Source: Moniliella sp. 'wahieum' (lineage: Eukaryota). From it: a stretch of 64,000 nt of DNA. Location: positions 434,001 to 498,000 of the forward strand of contig RSEE01000033.1 of the NCBI GenBank assembly GCA_003971905.1, in the 5' to 3' direction. The notes under the pieces are model-generated. The model did no database searches. It was given only the letters and a program-made list of their open reading frames with translations, and was not told the origin of the DNA. Shown in pieces: positions 1 to 11,060 of the stretch. The number at the start of each line of letters is the position of its first letter. The stretch's first letter is position 1. The position numbers were made by a program, and so were the translations under genes.

Positions 1-1072
1 GAACCCGCGTCTGGGGGAGTACAAAATGCAAGGATCGAATCCGTTTCTCACCACCCGGACCCTTTGGCAGAAGGCGTAAAGCTTTTGGCGGACGGGGGGT
101 CGCTGTCGGATGCTACACTCTTATTTGAAGCCGCTGCCCAAGGAACACTGTCATCACTTCTGGTACGCCGGAGGAGATAGCTCGGGTCACTCGGGAACGA
201 TCGGAAGCATGGCGCCGGCTCGGCGAGGCACATGCGATGAACGAGATGGAGGTGTCGGCGATTCGAGCGTTGGAGAAGGCAGTGGAGATTGATGGCACTA
301 ACGCGGAGGCCTACATCCCCCTGGCCGTGTCGTATATCAACGAGGGTTATGATGTAACCGCATGGCGCACGCTCACACGATACATCAACCTGGCCTACCC
401 CCATCTTAACACGCCTGCAACTCAAGCAGAACCTTGGGGAGGGCTAACGAGGCGACCAATCTGTTTCTTCAAGCTGCCCGCGATGGTGCTGCGAAGGGGA
501 TCGTGGATGCTGATGTGCAGGTAGGATTGGGCGTGTTGTTTTTTCTAATCAATCGTACTCCCAGGCCAAGGACTGCTTCCAATCGGCATTGGAAGTGCGG
601 CCGGATGACTTTTTGCTGTGGAATCGGCTGGGTGCAGTGATGGCTAACTCGGGCAACTCGGAGGAAGCTATCTCGGCGTACCAGCATGCTCTCGAGCTGC
701 GTCCTACTTTTACACGTGCGATCTACAATCTCAGTGTGTCATGTACGTTCATGCCCCCCGAAGCGTTTTCTGTTCCGTTGCTCACTGATCCTACTTTCAA
801 CCAACACAGGCCTCAACTTGGGTGCCCATCACGAGGCTGCCGAGCACCTGCTAGCTGCTATTGCACTCCAACGCAACACACAACTCCCACAAGTCCCCGA
901 GGAGGAAAACCAACGGGGATTCTCTTCCATTCCGGACGATTCCATGGAGAGCCAAAGCCTCTGGTCGACGCTGCGCCGTATCTTCGTTGGAATGGAGCGG
1001 ATGGATCTGGCGAGCAAAGCACACGTTGGCACTCCGCTCAGCGAGTTCCAGTCGCTTGGCTTTGAATTTTGA
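1..1072 (+). CDS. PEX5: Peroxisomal PTS1 receptor Pex5, C-terminal TPR region (5' end outside the window; frameshifted)
   Basis: Pex5 TPR motifs across frames: [89 protein letters not shown] intron 743-809. Stop at 1070-1072. Confidence 0.93.
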
Positions 1073-1155
1073 GTGAATGGCCTCTGCCCTGATGGCCTGA
1101 TGACGAGGTCATTGGCAACTTCATTTGCGAGCAAGCATCGACGCATTAGTACACG

Positions 1156-1295
1156 GCGACCACCACCTTTGGGAGCGCCCCTTGCGACCACCACCTTTGG
1201 GAGCGCCCCTTGCGACCACCACCTTTGGGAGCGCCCCTTGCGACCACCACCTTTGGGAGCGCCCCTTGCGACCACCACCTTCGGGTGCACACCCG
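1156..1295 (+). repeat. 28-bp tandem array (GCGACCACCACCTTTGGGAGCGCCCCTT) x4 plus one diverged copy
   Basis: Exact copies start at 1156, 1184, 1212 and 1240; diverged copy at 1268; no spacers. Confidence 0.95.
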
Positions 1296-1319
1296 GTGAC
1301 CACCACCCCGGCACCGCCC

Positions 1320-4300
1320 ATGGTGTTGCGCACCCGTATGGCGGATCCCCCCGAGGAGGTCCTGGCGCCCGAGACGCCCCCCTCCCCGGGAGCCCCGCCC
1401 CCCGCTCCCGCCCCGTCCCCCACACCCGCCCTTTCCCCCACGCCCGCCCCTTTGGCCCCAGAGCACCAAGTGCCGGTCGATGAGACATTCACTCAACCTG
1501 AGCAGATGCCTGACCACGTGACCGGCGCCGGCTTGCTGCCACCTGGGGTCCTGGCACGTGACACGCCCGCCCCGCCCGCCGCCACCCCCACCCCCATCCC
1601 CACCACCCCCGTCCCCGTACCCACCACCCCAGCCCCCCCGCCACCGACTCACCCCCCAAGCGCGAGTATCATTGCTCCCTTTGCACGAACCCTGGCCACA
1701 ACAGGGCCCGCTGCCCCCGCAACTCCGAAGCCAGGAACCCGGTGCCCGAAGTACCGGGTCAAGGCACGCCCCTCCTCCCCAACCCCCAACTCGCCACCCC
1801 CCGGCGCCGCAGCCCCCGGCTGGGCTCCGAACAGCCAACCAATGGCTACGGCGCCGAGACCCCACGCCCCACTACCCACGCCCGCGCCGCGCCCCCGCGC
1901 AGACAGCCCCCCCCGCCGCCGCCACCCCGACCCCTCAACCCCCCGCGCCCCCGCACACCGCCCCCCCGCCGCCGCCGCCGCCCCCACCACCACCGCCACC
2001 AGACGACCGCGCAACCCCTCGACCGACACGGGGGCCGACCTCCTTCCCCGTTTGACCGCCCTGGCCGAGCGCCCAGGCACACGCAATACCGCCACACCTG
2101 AAGCGCCCTTTCCTTCAGATGCTCGGCCGTTTGGCGGACGCTTACTTGCAGGAGCCCTCGTCGGCACACCTGATGGATATTCTAGCGGTGCCTAAGGAAG
2201 TACTCCGCCACCACAACAAGGACAATAACCTCATCGGGACGTACCCCAACAGCGCCTGGCAACTCCCTCCCCCCCCGACTTCTCAACGCGCGAGGCACTC
2301 GACCCAGTCACCAAGGCCGACCGCCTCATTCGGGAGGGCTGCCTCAGCCGCGCAGCAAGTACCCTCGTCGGCCAATCCACCATTGCCCCTCTCACCCCGA
2401 GACCCAGGCAAGCCTGGAAAAGCTCCACCCCGTTGGAGAGGCGAACCCCTTCAGCCTCGGCCCGGGCACAGCCTTTGGCAACACCACCACCCGCACTCGT
2501 CCCACCCACACAGGCCGCGTGGTACCGCCGGGCACCACCCTCACCGACACGACGGACAGTGGCCGTATCGTGGTGGACTTGGACGAAATCGACTTTGTTG
2601 CCTTGATTGCCACGTTCAGAATCGACGTTGGGGCAGGTCTATCCGGGTGACCCAGCCCCTCCTACGAACGGCCCTTGAATGCAAGCGCTTCGTCGCCTTT
2701 CTCACCGCCCTCACCAAGAGTATTTACCACGGCACCCCCAGGACGCGAGCTCCTGTTGGCCTCCCGCCTCACCCCCCTGGAGAAGGCATCGGGAGGCATC
2801 CGCCCCATCGCCTGTGGGGAGCTGATCTACCGCCTGTGCGCCAAGGCCATCGCTCGAGCGATCGCCCCCAACAGCTGGCTTCTCCCCACCCAGTTGGGAG
2901 TAGCATCGCAAAACGGGGTGGAGCCTATCGTACGGATGGTCGAGCGCATGACAGCGCCAGGCGGGGAGAACGATGCGGAACTGGGCGACTTCAGCCACGT
3001 CGCCATGCTCGACTTTACCAACGCCTTCAACACTGTGCGCCGTCGCACACTCGCCAAGGCGCTCCATGCCTACGCCCCCCATCTCCTCACGTTGGGCCGA
3101 TGGATCTATGGTTCCCCCACCCAGCTCTGGGTCGCGTCGGGCGGAAATGAGACCAACGTCCTGTCGGCAGAGGGCGTACGGCAGGGCGACCCCCTCCCCC
3201 CTTTTTCTTCTCCATCGCAGTGCGGCCCCGCTGGAGAAACTGGAACAGGACCTGCCGCCGGGGCACCTGGTGATGGCATACCTGGACGACATTACGATCT
3301 TCGGTCCAGGGCCAGGCATTACCGGCCTAGCCGCGGAGATTTTGGAAGACGACGCGTCAGGCCTCAAGCTCACTGCGCAAGTGTGTCGAGCGGGACCGGG
3401 ACCAGATTCGGGTGGATGGTCTGCAGGTTCTGGGCACTTGTGTGGGAGGGGTAGACTGTCGTCGATCGTGGCTCCGGGCCCAACTGGCCAGTCTGAGGGA
3501 GAACATGCCTAAGTTTGATGGCATCACCCGCCAGGGACGCCTCTTACTATGGCGGCTCAGCACTCAGACCAAGCTGCGCCACCTGCTCCGCACCATGCAG
3601 ATGGAAGGAGAGCTAGACGACGTGCTGGCCGAGATTGATGCCTTCATCTGTACGGAGTTCAGACGGATCCGGGGCGACGAGGATCCCCAAGGTGCCAAGG
3701 ACGACCACTTCGACATGCTCATGAGCCTGCCTCTTCGGCTGGGAGGATGTGGCAGCCCGCTTTACTCGTATATTGCGCCCCACGCCCGTGCCGCGGCCAA
3801 CGAGGTCAACGACTATCTTATTACCACTTATGTTGACCGTTCGGGACCGCAAACGGCAAGGGCCAACGCATTTACGAAGCAACGCCAGCGCTGCCGCGAG
3901 ATGTGGGAGCAAAGTCGACAGGAGCTGCTCCAGAAGCTGGACGCTGCCGATGGTCGTCATGTGGTTGAGCACAGCAACCCGCTGAGCCACAACTGGCTCT
4001 CCGCTATTCCATCCGTCCCGTACCTCAAGCTCTCTGACCAGCAGGTCCAGGTTGGTCTCCAGCTCCGCACGCTGTGCCGCACCACGCGCAGCATGTGCAA
4101 GTGCGGCGTCATGTCCTCGCTGGAACACATCATGTCCTGCACCCGCACCCAGGCCAAGTTTGGTGCGTTGCATGAGGCAGTGCGGGAGCCCATTCTCCAG
4201 CTCCTCCGCTCCATCCCCGACACCCACGTCCACAACGAACCTATGGTGGAGGAAGAGGATGGGACGAGGCGCGGACGGAAGGCACAGCGCACCGATTACC

Positions 4301-4736
4301 GCGTGATGGGGCCCGGAGCACTGGGAGGAACCGGAATGGAGGTAGACCACACGCTGCGCGACACGGGATCGCAGGAGGCGCAGAGCGCGTACCGGCGGGT
4401 GGTGCATGAGAGCACTGCGTCGCCTTTGGAACGCCGGGAGAAGGAACTGCTTCGGCTGCTTGAACAAGCAGAATGCGACAAGAACGCCAAGTACCAGGGA
4501 CGCACTCAAGAACCGTTTTTCCCCCTGGTTTTGACGACGCGAGGATACTACGGCACCAAGACGGCGGGCAAGTTTTTGCGCATTGGAAGGAGTTGGCTAC
4601 TAAGTCTCAGTGGAAATGGTTCCTCGCTCGTATGTCAACCACGTTCCTCCGTGTCCACACGCGCTTCCTAGGGTACGGGACCGGATGGCGTGAGCCGGAG
4701 GGTCCTGATATCCTGGCGATCCCCCTGGTCCCTTAA
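1320..4736 (+). CDS. Retrotransposon polyprotein (RT, zinc knuckle, RLE), broken by several frameshifts
   Basis: RT: LTPLEKASGGIRPIACGELIYRL, QLGVASQNGVEPIV, LDFTNAFNTVRR, GVRQGDPL, MAYLDDITI. Knuckle: CKCG..EHIMSC. RLE: RTDYRV..EVDHT..KNAKY..FFPLVLTTRG. Stop at 4734-4736. Confidence 0.9.
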
Positions 4737-5333
4737 TCTTGGTGGCGCTTCCAAGTAACCCCCGCAAGATGAACGGTTCGGTTTAGACGTAGCGTTCCCC
4801 CTGTCCCAGCCTTAAGCTCTGTCAATGGAATGCACACAACATTAGGTGTCCGTGCTGTCATTTTTCCAACAAATGTGTTTACTAACGCAGTCTTATTGGC
4901 GGGTAGAATGACTTCTGGGGTAGGTTTGCCTAGAAGGCGTAGTTTCAAGTTTCACAGCATCTGATATTGATGCATGATGCATGATGCCTGGTGCCTCCCT
5001 TTACATTTCACCGGCGGGTTGATTTGTTGATAGGACGACACTGGCGCCCTGCTTTGAAGGACCCTTGTGGCTCTACGTAACTAATTAGTAATTCGACCTT
5101 GGATGCGGCACAGGAGCAGTGGGCGGGGAGGAGGTCCTCGTCACCGACGTCATCGGCCCTCCCCTTGGCGGCGATACAGCACTGCGGACCACACCCGCCG
5201 CCTGTGATCGAATCGACGTAATCTTCTTGCTCGACGATTGAATCTTGTTTGCCTGGCGCCCTTGGGTTTAAAACCTCAGCACTACGTCCAGCAGTGCCCT
5301 TCCTCCTCTACCACCACCTCTCTTTTGCCTCTC

Positions 5334-5774
5334 ATGCCTTTCGCTCCCGGTGACGCCAAGAAAGGCGCTGGCCTGTTCAAGACGCGCTGCGCTCAATGCC
5401 ACACCCTTGAGGCGGGTGGGTCCCACAAGGTCGGACCCAACCTGCACGGTGTGTTCGGCCGCCACTCGGGCCATGCTGAGGGCTATGCCTACACTGAGGC
5501 CAACAAAAAGGCTGATGTGCTCTGGGACGAAAACACCATGTTTGACTACCTTCTCAACCCCAAAAAGTACATTCCTGGAACCAGTATGTTTTACACTCTC
5601 ATATCTATCCGTTCCGTCTCACAGACAACCCCCCAAGGCGCTCTGGCGTCCTGTTATCTCTCGCTTAGATTAAACTGACCCGCCTTCTACGTATCAGAGA
5701 TGGCCTTTGCCGGTCTCAAGAAGGAGAAGGACCGCAGCGACCTGATCACCTACCTCAAGGAGGCGACGGCGTAA
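5334..5774 (+). CDS. CYC1: Cytochrome c
   Basis: [19 protein letters not shown] (CxxCH) ... [29 protein letters not shown]. Intron 5584-5697 (GTATGT...CTGAC...CAG). Confidence 0.98.
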
Positions 5775-6213
5775 GTTGGTGCAACAGATTGCCCTGTTGT
5801 TACAGCAGGGCATGGCATCTATACTTAGTTCCCATCAGTTCGTGGCGCACGTCTATACATCCCTTCACCACTCTTTTTCCCCGTTAATGCTCTGTGCACT
5901 TCGGGGCCGTAGATTGCCTGTTAGACAGACCTCATATCTCAATCAAGTTGTGCTAGGCCACGAACCTTGATCGTAGAGGCGATCCTTTATACCCGGTTAC
6001 ACTACGGCTTACCACTCCTAGTTGGACGTTTTGCTACCATGGCCGGATACTATGAGTTTGCGCGCGGGGGCAATGCCAACTTGCGCGCCGTTGTGACCTT
6101 ATGATAAAGGCAGATATCATGGCCGATTCCTTCATCTTCGTTTGGCCATACGGGGACTGTTCATGGACCAGTGGTGTTCATGCCGTGATCTCATGTTGGA
6201 GGGAGAGAAAGCG

Positions 6214-6859
6214 TTAAGCAGTAGAGGGAGGAACACGATCCACTTTCAAGTCACGAATCTTGCCGGTAGGAAGATCGTAAATCCAACCATGGACGGTGAC
6301 TTTAGGGGTAACCTTGCCTGTAATAGGCGAGGCGGCCCCATTCCAGTTGGCCTGGACGACTGGTGAGGCCACAACATTCTCCACCTGATCAGCGACGGAA
6401 GCCTCGGTAACCAATTGAGCCCAGGTATGCTCGTCCACATCAGGGTGCTCTTTGCGGATCTTGTTTGCCAAAGCGGAGAGAGGGCCGAGGTAACGAGCTA
6501 GTGGTGTTTGCTGTTCGGCCGTCTCGGATTTGGGTTGGGAAGCGGCGACACAAGCTGCGTGCACACACACCACAGGAGGTATGGCCCACAATAACAATGT
6601 GCTCCACGGCAAGGCCTTGGATAGCGTACGTCAAGGCCGCCAATGTCGTGTCGTCGACAGGCGAAACTTGAGCCGCAATGTTGCGCACGACAAAGCAGTC
6701 GCCAGGCTGAGACCCTGTCACGCTTCCTTCGGGCACACGCGAGTCCGAGCACCCGATCCAAAAGACCTTGGGCGCTTGACCCTTGCTAAGTGTAGCCAAC
6801 AGCTCGGGAGGGGCGGTGGTGGCCCAGGTAGCGTTGCCTTGGAGGAGAGTAGCGGCCAT
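6214..6859 (-). CDS. NCE103: Beta-class carbonic anhydrase (one frameshift near 6570)
   Basis: GQAPKVFWIGCSDSRVPE, FVVRNIA, HIVIVGHTSCG, and VHGWIYDLPTGKIRDL in the adjacent frame. Confidence 0.93.
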
Positions 6860-7343
6860 AATGATGCGGGTTCAGGGTTCAACAGGTGTCAGGAGAAGTG
6901 GTGGTGAGGTGGAGGTGGGCGAAGGAGAAGGGAAGTCGAAAAGGAGAGAGCGTCGGAGACCGTTTCGTCTACCACTTTAAGATCCTGGGCGCAGCCCTCA
7001 GAAGCTCAGGGGGGTTTGCGCGTTACATTATCAATCCAGTCAATTAGGGAGGCATCCGGTTACTGGGACCGACCGGTAATGGAGGGACGTGGCGATGGAT
7101 CTCGATCAGTACCAGGACAATATGTACTCTTCAGTACATACACACTCACAGGACTACACATCAATAATCGATCATCGGTCGTCGAAGTGGGGCACAGAGG
7201 CCCGAGGCCTGAGGATGTATCGGCACACGGACACTAGCCTGCTGCCTTAAGTGGATTCCCAGCCACATAGGGGGATATATAAGTGGTGGTATGTATGTTG
7301 CAGGGAAAGCCATATCGCACGGCATCTCGATATGCGGCATCCT

Positions 7344-7623
7344 TCATCGACTCATCGATCATCGATCATCAAGCTTCAAGCTTCACAAGCTTCAAGCTTC
7401 AAAAGCCTCAGACCCTCACAGGCCTGAGCCTCAGGAGCTTCAGGCTGACATGTGACACATGTGGCCTCAGCCTGAGAGTCTCGGGTCGGCCACGCAGGCT
7501 TGAGCCTTGAAGCTTGAAGCTTGAGCGCCATGCATCATGCACATGCGCCTCCTCGAGAGTTGCTAATTATAACGGCAAACTGGATTAATCGAATTAATCA
7601 TCAATCATTAATCATCAATCATT
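7344..7623. repeat. Mosaic of 7-bp-period palindromic arrays (TCGA, AGCT, CATG, TTAA cores between TNA triplets)
   Basis: TCA-TCGA-TCA-TCGA-TCA at 7352, TCA-AGCT-TCA-AGCT-TCA at 7369, TGA-CATG-TGA at 7446, TGA-AGCT-TGA-AGCT-TGA near 7508, TCA-TTAA-TCA at 7605. Confidence 0.85.
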
Positions 7624-9479
7624 GGGATTCCCAGTGGAGCCTGTGGAGCCCCACGTGCGCTTTTTCAGATATGGGAAAGTGCCTGTGGCCGGAGCTCTGG
7701 CGGAGATTCACTTCTAGGCTCAATATGTTGTGGACAGGAACAGAGCCTGACTGAGGCTTCAGTACCTCAGTTGAGGCCTGACTAGTAGCCTGACTAAGCG
7801 CACACAGCAAATCTTGTGTGCAAAGAGCCCGCAGCCGACGGGCTGCTGAGCGCGCTGAGCTGTACCGCCATGAAAAAAGGGGCGTATGTGTGTACGTTGT
7901 ACGGTTATGATCGAGATCGCATGCACAGGCACCGGACAGATTAGTCGAATGGCTGCGCCAGTGCTGCTCCCCCTGGGGCCATCTGGGTTTCAGGGGTAGC
8001 GGGCTACGCAAGTAGAGAGAGGCACCTTGGACGCGCGCGAGACGCGTGAAGCTTGTGAAGCTTGAAGCTTGAAGTACGAGGCTGAGGCGTAAGATCTAAG
8101 ATCTAAAGCGCTCAATAGGAGACCCCTTTTCCACCACACGTTGTACGCCACATCAGTGCATCAGATCTCAAACAGCGCTCGCCGGCACCGGCCTCATATG
8201 TCTTGCCGCCGGCCTCGGAATTCGCTCGCTCGCACAGCCGGTTTTCGGAGCGGTATATGCTCGCGTGACGCGACCCGCGTTAACAACGTTAACGTATGGC
8301 AATGAATTATGAGAAGGAGAATACAGTAAGGGGCCCCGCGGACGCGAAGACCATCCGGTCGATGGACGTTCGTTGAACCCATACCTAGTACTCACGTGCT
8401 CAGCATTAGCCAATTCGTGGAGTATGGACTTTGGCGCGTCTTGAAGGTGAATGAGATCGCCTGAAAAGAGCATTTGAAGTTCAAAAGATAGGCAGTTGTG
8501 GTAGCATGGAACGGCACCGGATGCCGGTGAATCGCTCGGGGGTTCCTGGGACGCGGCTCAGCTGAGTTGAGCGCTCCGGCTGAGCGCTGTGTTAGCATAT
8601 ATGCGGCTCCGAGAATGGCTTTGCTGGTAGGCAATGGTGTGTGCCACAGGAGTATGGCATCCACATGATGCATGATGCATGATGCATGGCGCACACGCCA
8701 CACCGGCGCAATGTGCACATGCCACATGTCACTTGGCCAACGATCATCGCAATCACACGACCGATAGCCATTATATAGTCACCGATCAGATCGATTATCC
8801 CCAATCTTACCGCCGTTTTCCACGTACACGCACCCGCCACATCATCATGATGAGAATGCGATCGTGAATCATGCATCACGCATCACACATTGCACCTGGC
8901 GCTGTTCTATCCGACTCTGCCCTTTTATGTTCTGCCCCTCCCGGGCTCCTCCACTGCAATCGATCCATCCCCTTCTCTCGTTCTCTTGCTGGTTCTCATT
9001 CTCATTCTCTTTCTCTCTGTAGACCTTGTCCTCTTTCACAGTCTGTTGAGCCACTGGGTGGCTCGTGCTTTCGTCAACGTCCCTTCAGTTCCTCCTCAAA
9101 AGCCTAAGAATTCCGTTGTCTCCTCTCTCTCATGTTTTGCCTTGTTCCGTAGCTTAACCCCTGGTGGCGACTGGCGGCTTGATGTTCCTCTGCAGGCGTG
9201 GCTGATTAATGATTGGCTTAGACCGATACCACCCCCAGTGCGATTGTATCACCCTCGAGGAACATCCGAACTCCAGGTCCTATAATATCTACGGTAGTTC
9301 TTTGGCCAGGTCTGCGTTTTCAGGGTGCGCCGAACCAAAGACGGAAAGGCCCGAGTGAGAGGCGTCGGAAAGCACAGCTGTGGAAGGGGCGGAGGCGAGT
9401 TGTTTGGGGTCCTTGGGGCGACCGATGCTCCACCGTTCCACGATCCACCCACAGCGTAGGTTATGGCATCGGAGGCGTC

Positions 9480-11060
9480 ACGCGTCACGCGTCACGCCTT
9501 TTCGACTTCATCAATGCAGTCTTCGCTTCCCTTGTGCACACAAGTCTTGCAAAGTGTCGCCATCTTCATTCAGATCCCCCGAACGCTCCAGAGGCACCAT
9601 CACTTGGCGATGGTCCGTATACGCCTCGCATTCCCCAAACTCCGCGTCTCGTTCTCTTCCTCCATCGTTGTGATTTGGGTGTGTTCGGGGGACTGATGTG
9701 GAACGCAAAATCAGATCAGCTGCACACAACCTCGTGCAATGCACCAAACTTATTGGACTGGGTGCGTGCGCAAGCCAAGATATGTGTTCAGGCGGAGGAC
9801 ATCAGACCCACACGTGCACTTGAGTGACGAACAGCACAGGGTATGGAGCTAGAGACCAATCTGAACCTGCTTATCGCGGTGAGCTCGAGGCACTCTTGGC
9901 TGCTGGTATTGAGGAAAGCCAAGCGTAGATGAACGCATTGCTGTGTTCGATTACATTGTGACTATTGCATCCATGGAGAGCTTCTGGAGTAGCTGCTTCC
10001 GACTCTTCTCCCACATCTTCTGATAGCGCTTCAATGCGCTGCGCCGTAAATGTGTTCGTTGTGTATGCGTCCATGATGGGGGGGGGGGGGGGGGGCGACA
10101 AAAGCGATAATAAGACCGTCGTTGACTTGACCTCGTCGGCCGCAGCACGCGCGGGGGGCGCATTGAACGAATGTTGCGGGAAACCGCATTCTTTCATCCG
10201 AATAAGGGGTACGCTCATGCGCTCATGAGCATGTCAAGTGATTGTCCTTCCTACCTTCGCGGTTTCGTCCCCTCAGAGCAGGCGTTGAAACTCCGTTCAG
10301 ATTTTATAAATGCGTCGATCTCGTCGCCCTCCATCTACATGATACGCAGCAAGTGGCGCAGTTTGGTCCGAGTACAGTACCACCACACAGGAACTGAAGA
10401 GAGTCGCCCCTTAAGGGTGATGCCATGAAAGTGAGGCATGTCCTGCTTCAGGCTACCCAGCCACGATCGGCGGCAATCCTCACCTCCCACGCAAGTGTTG
10501 CCCACAGGACCACAAGGACCCGTCCTTCCGAATCCGGTCCCGATCCCGTTCGCCACACTTTGGTGTGCAGCCTGACGTGTCTTCTTCCAAAATCTCCGCT
10601 GCACGGGCGGTAATGCCCGTCTCTTGTCCGAAAATGGTAATGTCCTCCAGGTACGCCGTCTGCCCCGGCTCAAGCTTGGCCTTCAGCTTCTCCAACGTTG
10701 GCCGTACTGCCATGGAGAAAATGAACGGGGATGGTCAGTCGGACACACTCTGACAACAGGACGCCCTTTTCATTCCCGTCCGACGCAACCTAAAGCGTGG
10801 GGGTACAAGAGATCCACCGGCATAAAGAAAGGAAATGAAGAGCACAACAGTACTGGGGCAAGTTGGCTAGTGTGTGACGGCGCACAGTCATGAAAGTGTC
10901 GGTGAAATCGAGGATGGCGACGTGGCTGAATTGGCCCATCGCTCTGGGTCCTCCTCCCCAGTTGCCACTGTAATGCGATCGACCATCCGCACGATGGACT
11001 CCACTCCATTACGCGATGCTATCTTCAGCTGAGTGAGGAGAGGAGCCTTATGGGCGGGGA
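9480..11060 (-). mobile_element. Old, heavily decayed copy of the CRE-like retrotransposon (RT to RLE remnant)
   Basis: Minus-strand peptides match the intact copy: AYLEDITIFG..GITARAAEILEEDTSG, TCVGGEDCRRSWL, TKLRHLLRIM, ARAAADEV, VIEHSN..WLSSIP, TDHRQVM. Many stops and indels; ends approximate. Confidence 0.85.

Larger units (their letters stand above)
1156..4831 (+). mobile_element. Near full-length non-LTR retrotransposon with RT and RLE, CRE/MoTeR/Cnl1-like
   Basis: 5' tandem array, Pro-rich N-terminus, RT, CCHC knuckle, RLE and a ~95-nt 3' UTR whose terminus recurs three more times in the window. The 5' boundary is approximate. Confidence 0.9.

Noticed and set aside
1085..1155. CTGATGA upstream of the element as a hammerhead ribozyme core
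   Set aside because: No downstream GAAA core or matching stems; I could not build an HDV-like fold by eye either.
1156..1295. 28-bp direct repeats as a CRISPR array
   Set aside because: Head-to-tail with no spacers, no cas genes, eukaryotic context.
3613..4509. Long antisense and overlapping ORFs here and at ~45000-49800
   Set aside because: Shadow ORFs expected in GC-rich coding DNA; no motifs.
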